The notes: generated by a model not told the origin, from the letters alone. Numbered from the stretch's first letter, positions 51,098 to 62,905 are shown. The stretch is 64,000 nucleotides of DNA from Octopus sinensis (GCF_006345805.1 NW_021832532.1:62001-126000), one strand, 5' to 3'. Program-made: numbers and translations.

Positions 51098-53958
51098 GTT
51101 TTATTATTACCCACAAGGGGCGAACATAGATGGGACAATACAATCTGATGATGGAGTCAGATACACGAATGGGTTTTACAACAAAGCGAATTTTAAAAAT
51201 TTACAAAAAATTACAAAATATAAAAAATCGAATGGAGAACAGACCGGAAGACATTACGGATGGAGTGGGAGCGGGTTTAGCTCGGACCCCACGAGCCCCG
51301 CCTCCCCACTGATACTTTGGTTTCGTCTGGTTTTACATTTATGTGGTATCATCCATTCGCAACTTTCGTGCTAGATTTTTCCATCGTTCTTCATACACTC
51401 TCCTAGTCAGGCATATTCTCTCCAGCCCTATCTTCCTTTTCAGGTGAAAGATGAAATAATTCATCAACCAGGGCCGGAGATGAACTTGCCTGACTGTAAA
51501 CCTTTCATTCTCGTCTTCCATATCACCTCTTTCGCAATTGCTACTACAACGAGAAAACGAAACTTACCTTCCTTCACGAGGAAATCCGGTGGGTCAATTT
51601 TTGTAATCAACTCAGTCGACAGCTGTACTCTTCGTGTACTTGACAACAGCTGTTCGGCATAAACCCACACCTCAGACACGTCCGGACAATGAACAATAGC
51701 GTGCGGGACGGTTTCCCTATCCCGCCCGCATCTTGGACATATCGGGCTGTCTTGGCCACCGTGCCTTGCGAGTTTATCCCGAACAGGTAGAGCTCATCTG
51801 TATTATTGCCATGCCAGAGACTTCTGGAAGTTGTCCAGTGTCTTCGGCTTGAACGTACATCGGAACAGACTGGCCAGCTGATTATCGTCGAGACCTAGGG
51901 TTTCCCCCAAGGTATCTTCACATTCCGCCTCTACCAAACCTCTATAGAAGAATGTGGTGGAACCCCCACCGCAGGCGTTGCCCGAGCGACGGAATAGCAG
52001 GAGAACCTTGCGACACTCCGTGTACCAAGTACCAAGTTTCGATCTACGATTCAGCCAGGTTTCCCATCCACCGAAACTAGTGAACTTGGGAAACATCAGT
52101 TTTGCTAGCGGAGACCTCACCGTTCACCATCCAGGTAGAGCCACAGATGTCTTAACCTCAGCGTATGTCTGCGCATCATCAGCCAAGGCATCCCTAGCCC
52201 ACCCTTTAACGGTTGTTGACAGCAAGTAGAGTGTTTCACAAGTGGTTTCCCGCCCTTCCACAAGAAGTAGAAGAGCTGTCTTTCCAACTTGATCAACCAC
52301 GAATCAGGGCAAGGAACGACGGAAAGGCGGTAGGTGATAACCGATGCGATAAACACATAAGCCACCTCCTGTCACCGTCTCGTAAACCTCTATGGCCTTG
52401 CCTACTTTACGTAGGTGGTCCATTTCGGTTACAATGATGGTGATGTCATCCGCGTACGCTGACACCGATTTTCCACTACCTGGCTGTCTCGGGATACCGC
52501 TCAGTTTTCGCAGTAATGGCTCAAGAGCCATCACATACAAAAGCGGAGAAAGCGGACACCCTTGACAAGCCGACCGCTTGAACGACAGGAAGCCGTTCAC
52601 CCGAACTACCGAGTCGATGTTATCGTAAATTTGTATAATCCACCTGAAGAAGCCAAGGCTCAGCCCGAACTGTACCAGGGCAGATACCAGGTAACGATGG
52701 TCGACCCTATCAAATGCTTTAGATTGGTCTAAATGGACCAGTGCCCCACCCTTGCCAGAATCGCTATTAAACCCCTCTATAGTGTACCGCATAAGATGGA
52801 GATTATCCTGAATGGTTCTGCCAGGAACAGCACATGTCTGTGCCTCCCCGATCAGACCATCCGCGACACGCGCCAATCTTTTCGATAACACTTTGGCCAA
52901 AATCTTCAACTCTGTGTTTAGCAGAGTGATGGGCCTGAAATTATCAATGCACTCCCCCTTGCTCGGGTCCCTTCTGACGAGTGTCACTACTCCCCGGCGC
53001 ACAGATCTGGGTATAAGCCCGTTCTGTTGCCAGTTCGCATAGACCTCCGCCAGTAGGTGCCCGAACAAGTCTGGCATACTCTTATATAACTCATAGGGTA
53101 GACCATCCAAACCCGGCGCCTTGCCCGCGTCGCAGTCCGCCATTGCCTCAACCACCTCCTCAGGCGTGTTTGGCCCTTGACAGCCCTCCGCATCTCGCCG
53201 CGATAAGCGCGGCAGCCCGTCGAGTAGGTCCGTAAAGGCCCCCCTCCTATCCAGTCCGCCGCACTCACCGAAAAGCTGAGCGAAGTGCTCCTGAAAGGCC
53301 TCACACATCTCCTCGGGCTCGTTTATCAACTCACCTTGTGGTTCGTCATAGATCGAATCGTGGCATCGTTCCCATGCTGAGCTTCCACCACTCGGGCCCG
53401 GTTTCTTTTTATTAGGACCAACACCCCACTCCCGCCAGTAGGACTGCCAGGAGACAAAAAACACTCGTAGCCGTCAAACAGCGGGAGTAGACCTCTTGGC
53501 CCCTCTAACCGGGTTTCTGTAGCAACAATAACATCTAAATTACGCGACCTGATATCATGCAGGAAGCGACTTTGCTTCCAGCTTGCTCCCAGGCCGTGCA
53601 CATTCAAACAACCAACATAAATGTAATCCATTACTTACCTTTATATCAGTGGTTCGGTTTTTTCTTTTTATTCTTTGTTTATCTCTTTTTCTGGGACTCG
53701 TGGGGAGTCTGACGTAGGCCCTCGAATATATATGGAGATGTTAAATCCATTCTGAGCGGGCCTACGTCATGAAAGAATTCGGACTTTATCCGCCCGTAAT
53801 CCTTCCGGCCTATTCTGTAAACTATATAGTCATTCATTTTTCCTATTTTTTCCACTTTGGCCATAGCTGCCAACACACAGTATAATATAACGGAGAAAAT
53901 ATACACTAAGGAAAATTGTAATAACTCACTACACACGCGATTTGCGTTCCGCCATGTT
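51098..53958 (-). mobile_element. Array unit 4: internally deleted two-ORF Tx1-like LINE
   Basis: ORF1 C-terminus, TAA-aggtaagta-ATG junction, and ORF2 close to unit 2 but lacking ~850-bp and ~234-bp segments. Same 3' UTR as unit 2. Confidence 0.92.
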
Positions 53959-55885
53959 ATTTTATTATTACCCACAAGGGGCCAACATAGAGGGGACAAT
54001 ACAATCGGGAAAATGAATAATGAATTATGAAGTTTGTACAATGTGGTGTAATGCCCACTCGATCCCCGAAATCGAGCGGTTACATTTCGTCATTTGTTTT
54101 TTATTCGTCAACAATATCTTCCAAATAAAAACATTTTACACATTTTCAACATACATTTCAAAAATTTTACAAAGTTCAACATTTTTTTTTTTTTCAGAAT
54201 TTAAAGTTCCTTTTATCATTTCCAATTAAAGTTTTCACAATACCTTTTCTTTTATATATACTCCATTATCTCTACCAAATCTTGGTAAATTTCCATCGTT
54301 CGTGGCCATCTTGTAAGTCGGCATTTCATATGTTTTGTCACGTTCTTGCCAGCTGCCTCGATGAACGCCTCAGCGTCGTTCTCGTGGACGAGTGCACCTG
54401 TTTCTTTCCATTCGGTGCCCATCCTGACCCACGTATACCCATTTGTTACGTTTATTAAATCTTCCATCTCCTCACAGTGCCTGTGATGGATCAACGTTCC
54501 ATAGTATTTGAATTTTCTATTCGTACCTACGTTTTCTCTAGTTTTTCTCTTAGGACTTACTTCCTCTTTTTTCTCCTCCCTCGGTTTCTCTCTTTTCTCT
54601 TTTTGCTTTCTCTTCTTTCTTTTTCCTTCTCTTGTCTTTTTGGCTCTTTGTCTGCCGTCTCTCTACCTGTGCCTTATGTTCCTTTCCTGTTGTTTCTTTT
54701 CCTTTTCGCATACCATCTTTTCCTTTCTCTTGGTTCTGTTCCTTCTCTTGTTCTTTTCCTGCTTTTTCTCTTTCCTTTAATGTACTTTCCTTTTCTTTCT
54801 CTTGCTTCTGCCTTGGCTCCTTCTCCACTACTTCTGCACCCTGTGAATTTTGCTCCTTTTCTACTCTCTTCTTCCCTTTGTTTTCATTTTCCTTCAGTGC
54901 GCTGTTACTTCCCTTCTCTTGTTGTTTCTCCGTTATTTCCTTTTCCTTGTTTTCGCTGTTCTTTCCTTCGTGTTCGTTTTCCTTCTCTCCACTTTGTGTC
55001 TCTTTTTGCTCCGCTGTGAATTCATACAGCGGACATTCCTTTTTTATGTGCCCTCTTGATCCGCACAGGTAGCAATTCGGTTTTCTGCCCTCCACTATTA
55101 CACTAATTGTTTTCTCGTTTTCTATTTCTATTTGGAAGGGAAACCTTTCGATGTCTTCCATTGTGGCCATCAGCCACAACTCTACTCCGAATCCCTTCCA
55201 ATTTACAACGTTCGTCTCCATGATTGACCCTATTTCAACTTCCTCCTTGCTGCCCCAATAATGGCTGTTACCAGCATTTCTGTTTTAATATCTGGGGGCA
55301 CCTTTGGGACTCTTACCCGTACCCCTCGTCTTCCTTTATACGTCGCCACATAGTGAAATTTTCGGCTTTCAGGACAGTGGAAGCCAATGAGGCCGCCACT
55401 TCCTTTGTTGCGCATCTCACCTCCACCGTACCATATTTCTTTCCTCTGTCTACAAAAGTAGCTTTTTTCATGATGTCCCCCAGACATTTCTCTATTTCTT
55501 CAATCGTCACTCTCACCAGTTTTCTCGTGTTTCTATCTTGCGTTCTATACGTTATCGTCTTGTTATTTCTCTCCTCTATTGTTTCAACAGGCGGGACCAG
55601 CTTCACGCTGTCACCCTCCCTTTTGACGAAATTCTCGTATTCCTTCAATTGTTCTTTTCTAAAGAACACTTCTCTTATTCTAAGAGACTCGTCACTTTTT
55701 GTTGTGGCGACCCCCGCGTAAGTCTCCATGACTTGCGGGTCGACACACCTTCTATAAAAGGTTCAAACACGCAGCGGCAAACGCCTCGCGCGATTCAATT
55801 TTTTTGATAATTTTTAACAGTTTTTTTTTTCAAATTTTCACATACAAAATAACTCAAACACACGTGGATTGCGTTCCGCCAGGTT
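53959..55885 (-). mobile_element. Array unit 3: ORF1-only element (~1.9 kb)
   Basis: One frameshifted ORF 55729-54252 (METYAGV..., CYLCGSRGHIKKEC knuckle, K/E-rich tract, C-terminal domain ending EIMEYI), then 3' UTR and the shared tail. No APE/RT sequence. Confidence 0.88.
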
Positions 55886-58800
55886 GTTTTATTATTACCC
55901 ACAAGGGGCGAACATAGATGGGACAATACAATCTGATGATGGGGTCAGACACACGAATGGGTTTTTACAATAAACGAATTAAAAAATTTTCATGAAATTA
56001 CAATAAATGGACAGAAATCGAATGATGTAACAGACCGGAAGACATTACGGGTGGAGTGGGTGCGGGTTTAGCTCGGACCCCACGAGCCCCGCCTCCCCAC
56101 TGATACTTTTGGTTTCGCTTGGTCTTACATTTATGTTGTATCATTCACTCGCAACTTTCGTGCTACATCTTCCCAACGTTCTTCATACACTCTCCTAGTC
56201 AGGCATATTCTCTCCAGCCCTATCTTCCTTTTCAGGTGAAAGATGAAATAATTCATCAAACCAGGGCCGGAGATGAACTTGCCTGACTGTAAACCTTTCA
56301 TTCTCGTCTTCCATATCACCTCTTTCGCAATTGCTACTACAACGAGAAAACGAAACTTACCTTCCTTCACGAGGAAATCCGGTGGGTCAATTTTTGTAAT
56401 CGACTCAGTCGACAGCTGTACTCTTCGTGTACCTGACAACAGCTGTTCGGCATAAACCCACACCTCAGACACGTCCGGACAATGAACAATAGCGTGCAGG
56501 ACGGTTTCCCTATCCCGCCCGCATCTTGGATATATCGGACTGTCTTGGCCACCATGCCTTGCGAGTTTATCCCGAACAGGTAGAGCTCCTCTGTAGCATT
56601 GCCATGCCAGAGACTTCTGGATGTTGTCCAGTGTCCTCGGCTTGAACGTACGTCGGAACAGACTCGCCAGCTGATTATCGTCGAGACCTAGGGTTTCCCC
56701 CAAGGTATCTTCACATTCCGCCTCTACCAACCCTCTATAGAAGAATGTGGTGGAACCCCCACCGCAGGCGTTGCCCGAGCGACGGAATAGCAGGAGAGCC
56801 TTGCGACACTCCGTGTACCAAGTACCAAGTTTCGATCTACGATTCAGCCAGGTTTCCCATCCACCGAAACTAGTGAACTTGGGAAACATCAGTTTTGCTA
56901 GCGGAGACCTCACCCGTTCACCATCCAGGTAGAGCCACAGATGTCTTAACCTCAGCGCATGTCTGCGCATCATCAGCCAAGGCATCCCTAGCCCACCCTT
57001 TAACGGTTGTTGACAGCAAGTAGAGCGTTTCACAAGTGGTTTCCCGCCCTTCCACAAGAAGTAGAAGAGCTGTCTTTCCAACTTGATCAACCACGAATCA
57101 GGGCAAGGAACGACGGAAAGGCGGTAGGTGATAACCGATGCGATAAACACATTGGCCACCTCCGCCCTCCCTTTCAGGGACAGCCACCGCCAAGACCAGG
57201 TCTTGGTTTCTGCAGCCGCCTTGCTCGATACCTCGCCCCAATTCTTCTCTATTTGGAGGTCTGGACCGAACCAGATCCCTAGCAATTTAATCGGACCCTC
57301 CGTCCAACGTTCCACGACGCTGTCAGGAGGCATCGACTTGCCTCTCCAGGTGCCGAGTTGCAAGCCGACTGACTTTTCGCGATTAACTTTTGCTCCTGTC
57401 ACCGTCTCGTAAACCTCTATGGCCTTGCCTACTTTACATAGGTGGTCCATTTCGGTTACGATGATGGTGATGTCATCCGCGTACGCTGACACTGATTTTC
57501 CATTACCTGGCTGTCTCGGGATACCGCTCAGTTTTCGCAGTAATGGCTCTAGAGCCATCACGTACAAAAGCGGGGAGAGCGGACACCCTTGACGAACCGA
57601 GCGTTTGATTTTGAACGGCTTCGAAAAGAAGCCGTTCACCCGAACTACCGAGTCGATGTTATCATAAATTTGGATAATCCACCTGAGGAAGCCAAGGCTC
57701 AGCCCGAACTGTGCCAGGGCAGATACCAGGTAACGATGGTCGACCCTATCAAAAGCTTTAGATTGGTCTAAATGGACCAGTGCCCCACCCTTGCCAGAAT
57801 CACTATTAAACCCATCTATAGTGTACCGCATAAGATGGAGATTATCCTGAATGGTTCTGCCAGGAACGGCACATGTCTGTGCCTCCCCGATCAGACCATC
57901 CGCGACACGCGCCAATCTTTTCGATAACACTTTGGCCAAAATCTTCAACTCTGTGTTTAGCAGAGTGATGGGCCTGAAATTATCAATGCACCCCCTTGCT
58001 CGGGTCCCTTCTGACGAGTGTCACTACTCCCCGGCGCACAGATCTGGGTATAAGCCCGTTCTGTTGCCAGTTCGCATAGACCTCCGCCAGTAGGTGCCCG
58101 AACAAGTCTGGCATACTCTTATATAACTCATAGGGTAGACCATCCAAACCCGGCGCCTTGCCCGCGCCGCAGTACGCCATTGCCTCAACCACCTCCTCAG
58201 GCGTGATTGGCCCTTCACAGCCCTCCGCATCTCGCCCCGATAAGCGCGGCAGCCCGTCGAGTAGGTCCGTAAAGGCCCCCCTCCTATCCAGTCCGCCGCA
58301 CTCACCGAAAAGCTGAGCGAAGTGCTCCTGAAAGGCCTCACACATCTCCTCGGGTTCGTTCAGCGACTCACCTTGTTGGTTCGTCAAAGATCGAGTCGTG
58401 GCATCGTTACCATGCTGTGCTTCCACCACTCGGGCCCATCTCGCGGCGTTGATTCCTTCACATCCCATATGGCGGATTCTAGCCCTGACAATGCAGCCCA
58501 TGTGTTTGGCCTCGAGGCGCTGGTTTAACACCATTCTCTTGGACGCCACCTGAGCCGCAGAGCCAGTTTTCAAGGCTTCCTCTAATTCCTTAACTAGAGT
58601 AGTCCATTCCCTCTCTAGCTACCACTACTCCTATGCTATATCTAATTGACTCAAACTTGATGGCTCGTTTGAGGGCGTACCACCATTTGTTATTAATGAT
58701 GGTACCAGATCGTGCCCTCTGAATTATGTCCTAATCCGGTCTTTGTACTCCTTAATCGCCAAAAGGGACGTATTAAGTTTCCAGTAACCGGATCCTCTAT

Positions 58801-61122
58801 TTTTAACCTTATCTATGTCAAGCTTACAAGTGACCATTTTATGATCACTGTAGCTGATCGCGTAAAACTGTGGACACTTAGCTATTTTACTGTCTACTTT
58901 TCTAATTAGTATTCTATCTAAATATGACCTGGAAGATCCGTCGCTGTTTGACCATGTCCACAATGGAGCGTTCGGAAATTCCAGCCTATAAGGATCTGCT
59001 AGCTCAAAGCGGCTTAGCAGTTCCATGAAGCCACTGTTACCTTTTCTATCTGGACGCGAGCCAACACAATCTAAATCCGCTTTGCAAATTGTGTTAAAGT
59101 CTCCTAGCACAACTAATGAATGCGAAGTACCAAGAAAGTTTTCTAGTTCACGGAAATAATCACTTTGCCCTGTATGGTTGGTGCGTAAATTGCAACCAGT
59201 CTGATAACTTTACCATTACTGAACGTCAAATCCATGACGACCAGCCTGCCTTCTGGATCTGCAAAAATTAACTTTTTCTCAGAAACCCGGTTTCTTTTTA
59301 TTAGGACCAACATCCCACTTCCGCCAGTAGGACTGCCAGGAGAGAAAAAACTCTCGTAGCCGTCAAACAGCGGGAGCAGACCTCTTGGCCCCTCTAACCG
59401 GGTTCTGTAGCAACAATAACATCTAAATTATGCGACCTGATATCATGCAGGAAGCGATCTTGCTTCCAGCCTGCTCCCAGGCCGCGCACATTCAAACAAC
59501 CAACATAAATGCAATCCATTACTTACCTTTATATCAGTGGTTCGGTTTTCTCTTGTTCTTCTAACTTTTTTTCTGGGCCTCGTGGGGGAGTCTGACGTAG
59601 GCCCTCGAATATATGTGGAGATGTCACCTCCAATCTAAGTGGGCCTACGTCGTGGAAGAATTCGGATTTTATCCGCCCGTAATCCTTCCGGCCTATTCTG
59701 TAGATTACAAAGTCATTTTTCTTTTCCACTTTCTCCACTTTGGCCATAGCAGCCAACACGTTTCCTAGTCTGCTATTTGCTGCCTTTACGACCATATATG
59801 AGTCCATTGTCTCTCTCTTCTTTTAAAATTATTCTGGGAGGGGTGGTTTCCGTTTTTTTTTTTTCGGTAATTTTTTTCCACCCCTCCTCATTTATCTTAT
59901 CCTCGCTCTTATTCTCCTCCGCCGCTGGTTCTGCTGTCACCGTCACCTCCACACCTTCGGTCTTCCCTTTTGGGCCGTCCGACGCTGCTTCTGGTGACAC
60001 ATTTTCTTCTTTTTTTCTCTTGGCTTCGGTGCTTCCAGCGGTTTGGGGTGGGGTTGGCATTCCGCCCTTACATGACCCTTCTTGCCGCAGCCGAAGCACC
60101 TCGGCTTCCTGCCCTCCACGAAAACTGTTATTTTTTCATCTTCGCTGATTTTACCGTTTCTGGAATTTCTTCCAGTGTTTGTGCCTCCGCCTGAATGGCT
60201 ATCACTATTTTTTGTCCTTTCCAGAACTCCTCTTCTTCCACTGTGGCCTGGAGGATGTTTATTTTTTCCTCCAGGCCTACCATCACTGCTGCCACCAGAC
60301 ATTCTGCATCTGCTTCTGGCGGTATGTTGTTCATTGTGATTTTTGACGTCCGCTTTCCTCTATATAATGGTAATAAAACAATGTTTTCTGCTTTGATCGT
60401 CTCCATCGATAGTTTTTTCGCCATCTCTTCAGTGGTAAAACGCACCTCCACTGTGCCGTATCTTTTTCCTCTGTTTATGTAGGTTATTTTGTCCATTATC
60501 GGTTTCAGACAAAACTCTATTTTTTTTTCCTCGATTTTCTGTATCATTCTTGTTGCTGTGTTGTAGGTTTTATATATAATTCTTTTCTTCTCTATATCGT
60601 CTTGTTTCTGTATGTTTGTGACCACAGTCACCTCTGTGCCCTCTTTCTTTACACTGTCTGCAAATTTTTCCAGATTTCCAATATTTATTGTTTTAATCTT
60701 TTTCCCAGCTACTTCAGCGAATTTTTTCGCTGGAGTTGATGCTGGTACTGGTTTTTCTATTTTCTTGGGCGACGCCGCCTCTTTTTTCTTCAGGCGACAA
60801 CGCCTCTTTTTTCCTTGGCGACAGCGCCTCTTTTTTTCCTGGCGACAACGCCGGGTATTCGTCCTCGCTCGTCACAGGCGAATAAGAGATGGGGGGACTC
60901 CATCTTGAACAAATGGCTTTAACAAGCCTTTGGAATTCCAAATTAATTGTAGTTTTCCCCACCACGGGGGGAACACCAACGCGAAGTCCTCGCGCGAAGG
61001 CTGACTTCAGTTAAACAACAATAAACAAAACAGGTAGACAGACAATATAGAAAACAGAGATAATACTATGAGAGCAAAATATATAAACTTACTAATAAAT
61101 GCAATTAGCTTGGAGCCAGGTG
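55886..61122 (-). mobile_element. Array unit 2: full-length two-ORF Tx1-like (L1 clade) LINE (~5.2 kb)
   Basis: ORF1 ~60965-59529 with knuckle CFGCGKKGHVRAEC. ORF2 59519-56131 with APE (GDFN, YLDRIL, SDH), RT (LDQSKAFDRVDH, SVRQGCPLSP, YADD) and a C-terminal zf-RVT-like region; a few frameshifts. Confidence 0.95.
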
Positions 61123-62905
61123 ATTTTATTATACCCACAAGGGGCGAACATAGAGGGGACAATACAATCGGGGAACTTAAAATAAGAAAGCGAATGACAA
61201 GAAAAGGAAAAAATAAAAGTAAAAAATGACATATGAAAGAATATTTACAATGAGATGTAAATGCCCACTCGATCCCCGGAATCGAGAGGTTACATTTTCG
61301 TCACATATATTTCACAATTTTTCTTTTTTCTCTTCTTTCTTCTCTCTCTTCTCACAATTCTATACATATTCCATGATAGCTTTCAATTCTCTAAAGTCCA
61401 TCACTGAGCCCTCAGGCAGCCGCTCTCTCACTCGAACACTCGTGTAAAACGTTACACTCTCTCCGGCAGCTCTGAGGAACTCAGCGACTCTTTCTTCGGG
61501 GATTAGAGCAGTCTCCTGCCACTGATCGGTCATCCTGTTGACCCATATATGTCCCTCCGTATTACATGTCAAGTCTTTCATTTCAGGGCAGAAATGGAAG
61601 GTTACTAACTTGTAGAAGCAGTAATCTTGTTTCCGTCCTACGTTTTCCTTCATTTTTCTTTTCGGGCTTATTTCTTCCTTGTTCTCCTCTCTTTGTTTCT
61701 CTCTTTCTCTCTTTTTGCCTTCTTTTCTTTCTCCTTCTTTCTCTTGTCTTTTTGGTTCTTTGTCTGTTCTCTCTTTCTCTCGTGTTTTATGTTCCTTTTC
61801 TTTTTCTTTTTGTGTGCCATCTTTTCTTTTCGTTTGATTCTGATCTCTCTCTTGTTTTTTTCCTGTTGTTTCTTTTTCCTTTTTTTTTCCTGACTCTGTT
61901 TTGGTTCTATTTCTTTCTTTTCTTTTATTTCTTTTTCCTTCATTGACTTATTATTTCCTTTCTCTTGTTGTTTTGTTTCCTTTTCTATGTTTTCTTTTTC
62001 ATTTACCGTATTCTTCTTTTCTTCAAGTTCCTGCTCGCACTCCGCTACGAATTCGTATAACGGGCATTCTTTTTTAATGTGCCCCCTTGTCCCGCACAAG
62101 TAACAGTTTGGTTTTCTTCCCTCTACAATTACACTGAGGGTTTTTTTCATCTTCAATTTCTATTCTGTAGGGGAACCTTTCAATGTCCTCTTTTGTGGCC
62201 ATCAAACACAGTTCTACCCCATATCCTCTCCAGTTTACCGCGTTGGACTCCTTAAAGGATTCCACCTCCACTTCCTCTTCTGCTGCTCCTAGAATAGCTG
62301 TTGCCAGCCATTCTGTTTTCACTTCTGGGGGTATATTCGGGATTTTAACCCGGACCCCTCTTCTTCCCTTGTATGAGGGCCACATTATAAATTGTTCGGC
62401 TCTTAGTACAGTGGTAGCCAGTGAGGCTGCAATTTCTTCCGTTGCACATCTCACCTCCACCGTACCAAATTTCTTGCCTCTACTCACGTAGGTTGATTTC
62501 CCCATTATGTCTCCCAGACATTTTTCGATTTCGGCTATCTCCACTCTTGCCAGTTTCTTCGTATTTTTGTCTTGGGTTCTATATGTCACTGTCTTGTTTT
62601 CTTTGTCCTCTTTTGCTTTCGCGGGGGGGGGTTAGCTTCACGCTATCACCCTCCCTTTTGAAGAGCTTTTCATATTCTTTGAGTTTACTCTTCTCAAAGA
62701 AAACATCCTTCACGATTATCGATGAATCATTATTTTTTTTCCCGTGACCCCCGCGTAAGTCGCCATGACTAGAGGGTCAATTCACCTTCTTCGGAACGTT
62801 TCCACACGTGGAGGCAAACGCCTCGCGCGATAATAATCAATTTACACAGAACAAAGTTTCACTGTCTAGTCACAGATAACAACACGTATAGCTTGGAGCC
62901 AGGTG
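61123..62905 (-). mobile_element. Array unit 1: ORF1-only element (~1.8 kb)
   Basis: One frameshifted ORF 62766-61360 (MATYAGV..., CYLCGTRGHIKKEC, K/E tract, ...AIMEYV) plus the shared tail. An identical 17-mer lies at 61106-61122 and 62889-62905. Confidence 0.88.

Noticed and set aside
53629-53643. U1 snRNA gene (tacttacct resembles the U1 5' end)
   Set aside because: Only ~9 nt match and there is no U1 body or Sm site; it is the reverse complement of a splice-donor-like spacer.
54477-55072. Long Phe/Leu/Ser-rich plus-strand ORFs (also 61566-61946) as membrane proteins
   Set aside because: They are the antisense shadow of the K/E-rich tract of the gag-only ORFs.
50990-62905. Telomeric retrotransposon array or LTR element
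   Set aside because: It is interstitial, has no telomeric repeats, and has no integrase/protease. The repeated ends are 3' tails of APE-RT elements, not LTRs. The HeT-A/TART comparison is only an analogy.
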